Positions 1-13,796 of a DNA stretch of 64,000 nucleotides are shown piece after piece (positions within the stretch are counted from its first letter, which is position 1; every line of letters starts with the position of its first letter). This DNA is from Vezdaea acicularis (Eukaryota), in the NCBI GenBank assembly GCA_026025075.1, contig JAPEUI010000036.1, positions 1-64,000 of the forward strand, written 5' to 3'. The notes below the pieces were generated by a model. The model did no database searches. It had not been told where the DNA came from and saw nothing but the letters and a program-made list of their open reading frames with translations. The position numbers and the translations under genes were made by a program.

Positions 1-871
1 AAGCGCATACAGCCTCTCTAGTTACCGGTAGCAGATGGCTTCGTGCCTTTTCGAATAGGTGGCAATAGGCACTGCACCCACCTTTAGTTGAAGGGGTTCG
101 CTTAGCGTTACCGCATGCCCAGGGTGGGAAAATCCCTCCAAAGTCGTGACCAGCTTACCCCTTACGACGGTGTCTTCCACCCAGATTATACCAGCGACTC
201 GCCAGAACCCGGCGCGATGATCATTGTCCTCAAATGAATTTGGATAGTCTTGCTCTTGGCCAATGAGCTTTTTGGGTGTGTAGAGCTTTGCACCCCAAAT
301 TCTAGGCGGCCAAGCCACTTACGATAGGATGCCTAGGAGACGAGAAGCACCAATCGTTTTACGACTTTGTGGCCATGAAATTCACCCACAGCGGTTGGTT
401 TAAATACTGGGAATAGCATGGATTAGCGATGCTGTAGTCCGCCATATATGGCATTCCCAGAGAAGACCTTATACGATGATCCGCGATTGACCCTCTGATT
501 AAGGGAAATGCGCAGAGGCAAGTATCGCCGCGTATATGATGTTCTACTGATAGTGAAGGTCAAGGAATCTTCAGAAGAGTTATTTCAATAAGTGTGGCCA
601 CAGTACAATACAACATATCAGAATTGCAGCTATTGTTAATAGCATGTTGAAACCCTTCATTTCCATACGTTAGCACGGCATTGGCACTTCTTCCTCGAAT
701 ATTATACGTAGAGACCTCCATATATACTGTACAGCGCAACCAGAATGCAACATAATACAATGCTCCGTTGGCCCAATTCCCAATTCCCAATTCCCATGCA
801 TAAAACCATTCAAGGGAGGAGTTGAGCTGTATTTGAACACATAAGAGATGCAATGCTGAAAGGGGAAAGGA

Positions 872-1583
872 CTACGCGAGAGCAGGCACCCGCGCGCTCT
901 CACCTGCAGGGGCAGAGGGTGGAGGGGGAACCTATAAAAATTCATGATTTAGCTCTATACCCTGATCATGAAATTCAAGTTCAACTTACGTCTAATCGGG
1001 TACCTTCTGCCATCATCCTTTGAAACCCGATGCCGACACCTTCTATAACTGCAAGTAAAACTGCGCATCCTATCGCCGAGTTCCTCGATGCCTTAAGGCC
1101 ACCTCGTATTGCTAGGGAGCCTCCAGTGAAAAATCCTGCGATTACTTGGAAAAGGATTAGTTATATTCGTCAATTCGTAGGGGTGTAGAGGGGATACATA
1201 CTGGCATTATACGGATCCTCTTTCTTCCGTATCCCTTTGACAGCGCAATCGAATGAAGAGAACAGGCCGCCCCAAACCCCAAAATTACCTCCTAACACTG
1301 GTGCCCGTGCCTTGATCGCTGTGATTGCGCCTATCCTGCGTTCTCCATACGGACTGTTTCGAAATCCCTTTACTCCATGCCATACTGCGCCACCGATAGC
1401 CTGGAGAATCACAGTGATCAGCACATACAAATATCAGGTGACGGACGTCAATGTTGTTAGACACTGGGAGAGCCAGATCTCATGTGCTAGTAGATTGGAA
1501 AGACGCTGTCATACTCCCATACAAAAAGCGCCTCCAAAATCACTTAAGGCTACCCAAGGGCATGGATCTCTCGTGTGATCCAT
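872..1583 (-). CDS. TIM17: Mitochondrial inner-membrane translocase subunit Tim17 (4 exons: 1583-1515, 1400-1202, 1144-990, 931-872)
   Basis: Spliced translation [45 protein letters not shown]...[16 protein letters not shown]...[27 protein letters not shown] introns keep the frame. Confidence 0.97.
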
Positions 1584-1873
1584 ATTAAAAAAAGGTCTAG
1601 ACGTATACCGTCATTCACGCAGGTCAAGAACGACTTCAGAAGATTTTTGTCGGTTGATGTTCGTTACTGGCAATATCGAAGGAGGCGAGATGATGCCCGA
1701 AAGTTTTCGGCTGAGATGTTATTGGTGGATAGGACCACCCACGGAACTCTCCGTATTCAGGACCTCGTAAGCTTTCTTGGTACCAATGACTATGTCACTA
1801 TTGTAAGATTTCTCTTCGATATCCACTGACCTGTCACTGCAATTTCTTTCAACAAGGCATCAATGATATCCTG

Positions 1874-3642
1874 ATGAATCGCTCACCATCACCGTATGGC
1901 TTCTCATATTCCCAAGTTTCGAATTCGTTCAAGCCAGCATTCCAATATTTAGTCGCTGGGGGGGACAAGGACACGAACAAGCACTACCGACGAAGACCCT
2001 CCATTGATGAACCTGAAGAAGAGGATGGAAGATACAAGACGCCAGGGATGGGTAAAATGTCTCTCCCTACCTCTTCTGACTTGCATCCCGGGTCGATTCC
2101 TTTAATCAACGTCTCTCGATCGTCTTCCCCATATCTCCGTACCAACTCGGGTCTCCTCTCTGATGAGGACGAAGATGATGACTTTGAAACTGTCTCTGAT
2201 GGGCGGCCTCTTGTTGCGTCTGACATCAGCGTGGGAGGCAGGGGCTGGAGGAGGATCCTGACTCCCGGTGGACTGGGCAATTGGCTCTTTACGACTTGCA
2301 CTGGATGGCAGGTCTACATTTGTTTCCTCGTATTCTGGGCTCTAGGTTGCGGGCTAGGTCTTTTGCTTATGAATCGATTTATCTTCTTGAGTATGATCCT
2401 CCGTGCGAAACCTAGTTCCAGTGGCATCTAACTTTTTCGATGATTGCAGCTGGTACATATAAGTAAGCTCTACATTAAACTTATGCTCTTGATCTGCCTA
2501 GATTGATCAATGCAGATTCCAGTATCCTTTGACGGCCACACTTTTCCAACTTTCAATCACGCATCTCCTGCTTCTTGCCTCGGCGAACCTAACCCGAGCA
2601 ATCTCTAGTAGCCTTATAGCGGCTGGTCTAAATGCAATCGTAGCACCGGCATATCCTGCCCCTTCTGCTTCATCCCCACCCGGATATAGATCTGCAAAAC
2701 CAGGCTCTCTCGGATCGCGCTTTTTTGGATGGCTAGTCAATGGATCTGGTGGTATCGCTGGAGGGGGGCTCCTTGAGTTTGATACGAGAACTGCCTTAAA
2801 AGTATTACCGCTTGCCGTCGTCTATATGGCAAAAGTTTTGCTAAGCAATATTTCATTTGCGTACGGTGTTCCCGTGAGTCATCTTGGCTACGCTAATGTT
2901 TCCCAGTTATGTCGACCTACCTATGTACCTCCTTGCTCGTATTGGCATTGTGCCGCTGTCCCTTATCCTAGGCAGCTATCTCCTCCGTGCATCTTACTCT
3001 CTCACAACGCTCTCATCCACTCTCGTGGCTACTCTGAATCTCCTCGTAGCCACAATACGATCTGGTAATCGTGTCATTTGGGAGAGCATAGTGGCTGGAG
3101 TTTTCTCCTCACTTTTTGTTGCCCTTTACCCGATCCTCCTCCTACGTACCTATCGCAGCATCGTTGGCTCCCTCTCCCTAGATTCCGATGTGCTTAGCGC
3201 TCACTCCACCCCTTCCAATTCAGATGCGCCGGGCAGCAAGGAGGAAACTCGCGCCGGGTGGCAGCTTTTACACTATACATCACTCCTCACCATCATCCTC
3301 CTAGCACCAATAGTATTTCTGTCGGGAGAGGTGGGGCATATGGCGCGCTGGTGCGTCTTCCTGGACGTACCGTGGTTTTGGTTCCTCGTACTATGTGGAG
3401 GAATAGGATCATGGGCCGTGTTCTTCTCAACGCTACTGCTAGTAAGGGCAACATCTCCCTTGACTGCGACTTTTCTCTTTGTGCCCCGAAGCGCATTCCA
3501 ACTTGTTATTCTGAGTCACTTCAAGATGCCCGTGTATTCATGGGTGGGTATTGGAGGCTGCTGGATTGCAAGCCTGTGGTTTGCTGTCGGCAGGAGGAGA
3601 GAAGGGAGGACTTTGGAGAGATGGAAGATGGAAGGAATCTGA
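1874..3642 (+). CDS. Nucleotide-sugar/triose-phosphate transporter (DMT superfamily)-like multi-pass membrane protein; exons 1874-2390, 2450-2462, 2516-2860, 2907-3642
   Basis: Many hydrophobic helices; motifs LMNRFIFL..YKFQYPLTAT, LLSNISFAYV..PMY..AR, RATSPLT; splice junctions join three ORF-track fragments in frame. Confidence 0.8.
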
Positions 3643-4576
3643 TTGCATTGCAGATCTTCTAAGGCAATTTTGCATTCGTAACAAGATTTTAATTCTTCAC
3701 ACAAAGTCGTGTCGAGTAACCTTCCCACGTCTCCATAAGACCAGACCCGTTTCATCGCTCTATCATCCCGCGATTTGTCTCTAACCCTTTCCTATGAATG
3801 ATCTTCATAAGCTCGATCTCTGAGTTTGTCTTCCCATTCTTCCGTCCGTCCTTTCCCAATGATGGCGACTTCTAATTGTTCAGCCGGATTTGCCCGCTTT
3901 CAAGGTCTCCTTGATGATATTGACAGAGCTGTAAGTAATAGAGCTGATAGCGCTAAAGCTAGACCCGCCAAAGGCTCACCGTGGCAAACTCTGCTTTCAT
4001 TGGTTTGCGATCCTTAAATCTCAACAGCTGATCTCTAGGGCCTTCTTGATACATCACTCGAACCAGTCATTGTCGTGGGTTTCCTTGTTCATTACATTCT
4101 AAGGCGCTATCAAAATAGGTTTGTTTGAAATCACGATGTGGTTCTGCCGGCGGGTAAGCAAAAGGCTGCACCCATGGGCTTGGGATGTCCCTTGGTGTAT
4201 CTCCAAGGCCTTCTAGGAGCTACGCGCCCTCCTGATTCGGCTCTGTCTGTAGCAGCTCTGGCATGGCCAGGTTCGAAATATAGGGTTAACTTCCAAAGGT
4301 GAGATGCAGATTCAAGACCTAAAACCGGTTTGGCAGACCGTGGTAGATAGAGGATGTCAGTAGGGGTTGGGTTCTTGAGCAAAACCTGAAGGTTGCTAAG
4401 ACAGTCAAGTCATATGGAGGCACACGCCGATAGAGCAGGTTCAATGGTGGCTCTTAGGATTGGCGCTGCTGGGGTAGTTCGTTAGAAAGAGCAGCTGGTA
4501 GTAAGTTATTAGGATGGACAATTATTTCCCGTACAGGAAAGAAGACTTGATTCTGTATGCTGCTATGATGTGACGA

Positions 4577-5249
4577 TTAGGTCTTAGCAGGAGCAAGTAG
4601 ACGGGGCCTTTGGTTAAAAAAACTTGCTCTTCCCCTTCGGATCTTGGTAACGGGTCTTCTGCACTTCTTTGGTGGCTTTACTTCGCTCTCTTCCTCCTCG
4701 GTTTCTCCTCCTGCCCCGCGCTCATTCATCTTTCTTTTCGGCAGTGCTCTCTCTTTTGTGCAAGCCCTTCTCTGCCTCCCCTTTCCTTTCCCTCCTTCTT
4801 TCGAAACTTTGGCGTTGCTGGCCTTCAGCGCTGCTTCAAGAGTCCAATCGTTGCCAGTATTTACGTAATGTTCGGCAACACTCCCTTTCGCCAAGAAGCA
4901 AGGTGCACATATTGACCATCCGCACTTGATACAGCGCTGCAGGGTCGACTTATTCCTTTTGTTGCAGATATCACATTTTGCAGTATGGGTTTTAACCTCT
5001 ACGAAGTGGATATGGAGTATTTGCGTAATGTCCAATGGCGCTCGAGGAATAGAGTGGCTAGGGGTCGGGGGAGGAAAATTCTGGCCAAATTGAATAGAGG
5101 TTAGTGCTGGAGGGATAATCACGGAAGTAGCTGTTGGCCTTGTTGGTGCAGATGATGCTCGGAAGATTGTTGCGTCCGAGGGAAGGCTTAATAGGACTGG
5201 TGATGCAGCTAGTGCAACGGAAACTAGCGTGTTAAACCTGCTTTCGTCC
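4577..5249 (-). CDS. Hypothetical protein with ZZ-like Cys cluster and basic region; 3' exon structure unresolved
   Basis: ORF contains CDICNKRNKSTLQRCIKCGWSICAPCFLAKGSVAEH followed by K/R-rich NLS-like stretches; start codon uncertain. Confidence 0.5.
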
Positions 5250-5964
5250 ATCTGCTTGACCCCGCGCCTGAAACCCTTCACTCAAGTGATGCGATTGGCT
5301 ACCTAGCTTTGCTGGTCTTAGTGTTGTCGGTTGACGTGCTTTATTCCTGCAGAGATATTCCAAGAATTATACCATAAGGGGAAAAGACAGAGGGACACTT
5401 GGATCTCATGAAGTGCGGATAAACTTTGTCAGAATCGAGGACAATAAATGTAAAGACCAGGCGCATGTCCCGCATGTATAGTGAATACTGACAAACATTC
5501 ACTTGGATACATACGCATTTTGGGTTTAGCGTGTTCTCTTCTTTTCATAATCTTCAGAGCAGGTTTCGGAATATTCTTACCTTCCTCCATTTGCTGTATT
5601 GACCTTTGATGCTGGCACTTTAGAAGTCCTCATTAACTCCTACATCGTTTTCGGTGTTAGGTATTCCGCATGTAAGCATGAAATAGCAACTTGTGCGAAT
5701 ACATGAACACCAAACTGAGGGCCGATCTTTAAAAACATACAAATAGTTGTTGCTTGTTAAACATATCTGCTGCGCTAAAAAGATCCACACGACTGATTGT
5801 ATGAGTATTGCGAGCAAAATTATAGGGGTGAACGTTGAAGAACGGGATGTATATTGTCAAGCGTAAAAGATAGGGCTAATTTATTTGTTTTCTAGCCGTA
5901 ATGGTTTCTCTGTCTCGTCTAGCTTGATAAGTAACGGATTATAAGCAATAATATCAATGTTTTT

Positions 5965-7542
<1,578 letters not shown>

Positions 7543-8467
7543 GCTGAATTTTCCGCCTCCAAGAGGGGATTTCAATAGGTATGAGAGTGTTGGCAGAGGG
7601 CGCTTTTAACAGTTGAATCTTCTTCACTTGCGCAAAGTGGAACGGTTGACTTTATAATCACTCCAGAATCGGAGCTGATCTAACCATGCTCTATGACCTG
7701 GGATGTGTCCATCAAGACGTCATACGCTGCTTATGAATCCTTATCTATTGTGCAACTGGCTTCGCCTCTCGCCAAAATTTCCTTTCCCCTCTTCTCTCAT
7801 GTTGAAGTATAGGCACGGACATGAAGCTAGGCAAGTAGATGGAGCAGGGGAATGCTGAGCTCGCAAGGTCTAACTAGCTCGACAACTATAGCTTCGAAGA
7901 TACAAGGTTGCACCGCAAAATGGTTTCTTGATGCAGCTCATCTAGGAGCAGTTGGCTTCTTCAGCAATACACTCTCACCTAATCAATAGTCCATCGTCAT
8001 TTTTTAAGAGTGCAGACTTTCACGGATGAATACAAAGTTTCATATTTGCGTGGCGTGCGATGCATCTATGTGGCGTTCTTCTGGTGCGGCTAGAGGGGCC
8101 ATTCCTAGAACCTTAAAATTTTGTCGGATCGACAACATCGTCTAAAGAACGAAAGCTCTCAGATGATGACCAACATATGATTATGTTGAGATTATCGCTC
8201 CGCACTACGTACTGGTACGTCTAGGTCTGTTATGGCTTCGTTTCCCGACATCGGCATGTGCAGCAGTCACGCAATTCTAAAACGCCGCCTCGTGAAATAG
8301 TGTTTCTTGGTTTCTGACAAATACAGGCGCAAGAGAGCAGTCGAGAGATATGGATATGTGCAAAGATTCTTGAATTTTTGTTCAGCCTTCGATATTTCAA
8401 CGCATGCAAGCAAAAATAAGCTAGTAGGAGATGATCTGCTAAGCCGTCAAAATGCAACAGACAGCCC

Positions 8468-9964
8468 TTACATGATCACTTCATTGCTAACATCCTGGAG
8501 AGGTGTTTGTTAGCGAGCCCATCTGATTGAAAAAGGTAGGATTTAGGGCTCACCCGCTTGAGTGTCTTGTTTGGCAAACAGACACAGTTCTGCACCCGTA
8601 CTTCGTCGCCAACGCCGCACTCCTTACCAAGAATTGTGACGCTCTGTACTTTAACACCGTTCTTGATGATACTCGTACTATGATCCGCGACAGGCTGCGG
8701 TGTTCCCTCTACCCTTGCCCAGGCTCCGACCTTGCTGTTCCATCCAATGATAGAATAGAGTACACAAGCATCATGTTTAATCTCAGCATCCTCCAGCACA
8801 ATGGACTCTTTGACTCGAACTCCAGCTCCAATTTGCGCACGCGGTCCAATGGAGACGTGTGGTCCAAGTTTAGCCGTAGGATCAACCGAAGCAGAAGGGT
8901 GAATGAAGACTGGAGGCAGGATATTGGCAGAAGGTGCCGCAAGCTCTTCTGACTGGTTCTGAAAGGCCTTCTGGAGATAGAGGGCGTTTGCTGGTACAGC
9001 AGATCCGGCCGTCTTTATTTGACGCCAAAAATCTTTCGTCTCGTAAACGTAGAATTGCTTGCTATCCGCAAGGTCACTAAGTATATCTTGTTCCAACCGC
9101 AGCACTTCGTTTTTCTCGCCGTCTTCATTTTCATCCTCAAGATAAGAAGAATCTAGGTTGTCAGCGGATGGGTATGATACAAGACGAGGCCGGTCTGAAC
9201 GACGCTTTATAGCACTCCGGATCGAGGGAAAGATACACTCAGTTGCGAAAAGATAGACACCACAGTTGATAAGATTTGAGATATGCGATTCTGGCTTTTC
9301 AACGTAATGAAGGACACGGCGGGTGTGAGAGTCGGACACAAGACAGCCGAAATTACTTGCCGCATCTTCGCTGACGCGAGTACCAAGAATCACAGCTTCT
9401 GCGTCCTTCTCGGAGAATAGCTTAAGCATGTCATTCAGGGGGAATGAACAGCAGACATCGGCATTCAGCACAAAGAAGCGTTCAGGTCGACCTTTGAGAA
9501 TAGCATCACGGAAGTGATAGAGACCCCCAGCTGTACCTAGAGCCTGATATTCGCGAAGGTACTTGATGGTGATATTGGGATACTCCTTGCCCGAGTCTTT
9601 GATAAAGTCTCGAAAAACATTCTCCTCATAGTACCCTATTAGAAAGACTTCCTTGATCTCCGGCACTTTAGCAATTGCTGTGAGACAATGCCAGATGATG
9701 GGATGCCCCGCGACGTCGAAGAGTGGCTATAGCAGAGTTAGACTAGACTACTGAATTCAATCATGCGATATATGTTCAGGGAACGCTTACCTTAGGCACA
9801 TCCAGTGATAACGGCCTGAATCTTGTTCCCCGCGAGGGGCCACCTACCTGATCGGCCGTGAGCTAATAAATTTTGGGATGCAAAATTGTGGGATCGCTCA
9901 CGAGAATAACGGCCTTAGCAGACGGCATACTCGCAGCCTTTCCTCTAACGGGAACTTGAAGCAT
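8468..9964 (-). CDS. Mannose-1-phosphate guanylyltransferase, GMPPA/alpha-type (nucleotidyltransferase plus left-handed beta-helix)
   Basis: KAVIL/VGGPSRGTRFRPLSLDVPK/PLFDVAG, LGTAGGLYHFRD, HYVEKP, FWRQIKTAGSA, hexapeptide repeats, ends DVSNEVIM*. Confidence 0.93.
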
Positions 9965-10266
9965 CTAAATGGGCCCGAAGTGGATTCCAAATGAGACGTG
10001 AGTTTTTCTGTAACGGTTGTCAAAGCCAAAGAGAGGGCGAAATGTCCGTAGAACTGTAAGAGCGGTCTGGCAACAGATCTTTCGAATGTGGTAAAATTCA
10101 AAGGGCCAATCAGCATCGCGAATGGCTCCAGTTGGACAGCCTTTCGCGTACGCCAACGTAGTCGCGTCTCCCCCCCCATGACGGTCCCGCTTGAATTAAC
10201 GTAACAACTATCTCGTGTTGAATTTCAAATCTGCCCGCACCCTCTGGATCTCGAGATTTGGCACAC

Positions 10267-12825
10267 ATGGCGCAGGCCCAAGTCGTATATTCGGCGTCAT
10301 CGGGAGGTGCGAATAGCCAAGGCAGCCTTTTCGACGGCAAGAAATTTTGGCTATCCGCAAGAGTACCCCAAAGGTCTTGGATCCTTCAATTAATTCAGGT
10401 ATATCAAGAATACTCTGCCGGTAGTATGTCTCACTGATTCAACGTTATCTAGTCAAATGGTGGCCAAGTAGTTAAACTTGAGCAAGATTCAGATGTTTTG
10501 ATCGCAGACCATGTGCGAAAAGACTCCCCACCCAATTCGTATGGCTCTCCGCATCAACGTAATCTCCATCTCAGATTTGATCTCACATATACTCTCAATA
10601 GATTTTCATACGAATACATAACAGAATCAGTTCTTCAGCGTGCACTTAAAGATATGGAAGCCTTTCGAATCAGACCTCGTGAGCCACCGGTCAGGTCGGT
10701 CGGATCCCCTCATGCAAGCAAACGTACCCGAACAGCTTTCACGGCAGATGATGATCGAATGCTTTGGGACTGGGTCAAAAAGGCGGAAAATGCGGGCGCT
10801 GCTCTCAAGGGCAATATGATATACAAAAGTCTTGCAGAGGCGGTCCGTATTCAACGATGTCTATAACACGACTCCCTACTAACGACTAGCTCAAAGCAAC
10901 CACATCATACCTATCAGTCATGGAGAGATCGCTGGATGAAACACGTCTGTACCAATCCGCCAATTGGGGTGCTACAAAATGCTCCACCAACCCCGCCAAC
11001 AGACCAAACTTCACCGCTGGAGCCAACATCGAACATGCCCGAGGCCGACATGGTGGAATCCAATATGAACCTTATCGCAGGAAGTCGTCAGAGTCCACAC
11101 ACTCCAGTTGTCCCAAGTCCGGTCGCGAAGTTCGCCGAACGAGAGGTTGGTGAACTAATGGATAAAGCGTTCTACATTGTCCAAATGGACGAGAGCCTGC
11201 GTAGAACCTCATGGGAGAATTGGGCACGAGAAGTAAATCGCCAACGAATATCTTCATGGCAGCGCTAATAGATCTCATAGCATCCACACCGTTCGGCCGA
11301 GGAGTGGAGTAATTTCTTCAACGCCAAAATTTTCCCTGAATGGCTTTCGCGTACCGAGAGAGCCGTTGATACCTTCGTCCTTACAAGTTCTTGCCCCAAT
11401 TCCGCCAGGCTGTCAGCTGAGAAGAAAAAGACAAATTTCCAAGCTCAGGTGGAGAAGGCGGATTATCCTACCGATACAGAAAAGTCCGCCGACACAGGGT
11501 CAGCCTCTACGAGAAGTCCATCTTTTGAGCCTGGAAGCCCCCAGACCCACTCATCTGTCATCTTCACCACTCCTTCCAAGCCAGTGGCGCTCTCAATGCA
11601 AGAATCGCATCAGATGGCCTCGCCCGAACTGGGAAAAACTTCTTCAAATGACCTTGTTGAGGGAACGCCGAGCAGGGGACGGAAACGGAAGCTTAATCCA
11701 CCCCATTCAACTAATACGCTTTCCATACGTATTTCACCTAACCAGGAGGAGCGGCAGTCCTACAAACGCAGCCGACCGAGCCCTAGGTCCTCACCAACCA
11801 AGCAGAATGAAATTCCAGACACACCGCAGCAAGTAGATCCGTACGTTTCCCGAAGACTTTTTGCAAAGGAACAGCCAGGGTCTCCCGTCCTATCGACCAG
11901 AGACGAGGACGAAGAGCAATGTGTAGAGCAAGAGTATGGGCTAAATGAAGGGAAGCCGGAAGTGAGCCTCTTACAAGATTTACAAGATTCACAAGATTCT
12001 GGTCTGCATGATGAACAAAGCGATAAAGACGAAGACGAGAACGAAGATGATACTGAAGACAGATATAACCGAATTGGGGAAGGAACACAAGCTTTACTCG
12101 CCGCTGAACCTATGCCGGTAGATTTCGATATCCCATCGCCTGAAGGGGGTTGGGCTTCCGACATCGAGCCTGAAGTAGTGCGCACCGTCGAACGCGAGCT
12201 ACACTCCCAAGAGGATCATTGGGATTCCGATGTCACAGCAGAGCCGGCTCCCGCTGCCAGCCTATCTAGCGATCCTATAATCATCGATTCTGATAAAGAA
12301 TCGGAAGATGAGCCCACGTCTCGCTCTCTCACCGAAGAGTCACCACCCCTGCGGCCTGCTCCTCTACCGCGCCAGCGTTCCGAAATCCCCGAAACGCAAC
12401 CGACACTGATTGGACCTTCTCATGCAATCACATTTGACACTATGGAGCCGCTAAATGGGTGGACCCTGATAGAGGCTCCTTCTTCCCCCCCAGCCGTCCG
12501 CGCATCCCCTTCCGCCCCTGAACCCGCGCCAGCCGCTGAGCGCCTAGATGCCTGGCTCACCTCGCATTCCGCCATACCCGAGGACATCCTTCTTTCCGCT
12601 CTCAAGGCGACGAGTATGGATATCGCGTTGGCTGAGTCTATTCTCTCGTCAATCCTGTCGACGGGCTGTATACCAAATAATCTGAGCGGGGTGTGGACGG
12701 ACAGGGATGATGAGGTGTTGAATGGATCGGATGCAAGGCTCATCAGGAAGCTGGAAAAAAAGCACGGGTCTGGCATGCTAGATGAGCGCATAAAGTTTCT
12801 GATGCACTACGGCAGGGAGGAATAG
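10267..12825 (+). CDS. RAP1: Telomere protein Rap1 (BRCT, Myb domains, acidic linker, Rap1 C-terminal domain), multi-exon
   Basis: N-terminal LFDGKKFWLSARVPQR (BRCT); RTAFTADDDRMLWDWV..LKGNMIYKSLAE/..HHTYQSWRDRW (Myb); C-terminal IPNNLSGVWTDRDDEVL..LEKKHG..ERIKFL. Confidence 0.9.
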
Positions 12826-13063
12826 TCTTGGATCTGGCTCAATATATATGGGAATCTCTTACTATGGAAGTAACATCTATTGGTTATGTTTAATCGTGCT
12901 CACTCCTAGACGCTATGTATGAGTGCAAAGGGTAGGATGTTAGTGCCCCCGGAGACGTTATGCTCCGTTTCTTCGTCTTGTCATATCTCGCAGTACGCCG
13001 TTTTGCTCTGTACCTGGCCCTATTCCATTCTATTCTTCCCAACGCCACGCCACCGCCCTCCCA

Positions 13064-13796
13064 TCATGCATACATATCGTCCCACTCCTCCTCATCGTCA
13101 TTCTCCACCGCCTTCCTCACCTCCTCCCGATTTGCCTTCTCCTTTTCCAGTAAATCCTTCCGATCCAGCGGACACGTCGGGTGCAGCTTCAGCCACGGCG
13201 TGATGCACTCTAAATCGAAGATGTGGCTTCTGTGGCACGGCAGGCGGACGACGAGAGGATACTTGTCGTCTAGGAAGGGGTTGCCGCAGATCGGACAGGA
13301 GTCTTTGGGCTTCAATGATTTTTTCGGTATGCGTTCTAAAGCTGCGTCGTGTTGTTGTGGTAAGCTTGTGGACACTTGCTTGGTGGACCAGGTTAAGGGT
13401 GCATAGGGGAGACGGGTCCACATACCGGTCAGCCACTCATCGCTCACGCCCTTAACCTCCCGCGGCGGAGCCTCCGCATCCGCGGCTAGCATTTGGATCA
13501 TAGCGTTCAGCAGCCGGTTGTTTCCCTCGCCATCTGTTTGCATCACTTGGAAAGCCTCCCCGAGTGATCTGTACACGGCCGCCATTGCAGGCGGTGTGGG
13601 GACAGCGTTAGCATTGTTGTGCGTGCGATCTTGAGAACCGGCTGTCTCCACCTGCTCGAGGGCCGTGAAGTAGGTGGATAGGTCAGGGCGGCGACGTCGA
13701 GTGGGTTGGCTGGCGGCGATGTCGTGTTCGACTGACACTCGGTTTAATTGGAGACATATATGGGAGGGCGGTACACTTACCCTCATAGGAAGTCAT
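13064..13796 (-). CDS. Small RING-H2 E3 ubiquitin ligase (3 exons)
   Basis: CPICGNPFLDDKYPLVVRLPCHRSHIFDLECITPWLKLHPTCPLDR; ATG at 13796 with short first exon MTSYE; second intron 13425-13342. Confidence 0.9.

Noticed and set aside
22..380. Possible 5' part of a - strand gene running off the window edge
   Set aside because: Splice-like signals are present, but no confident frame or family could be assigned
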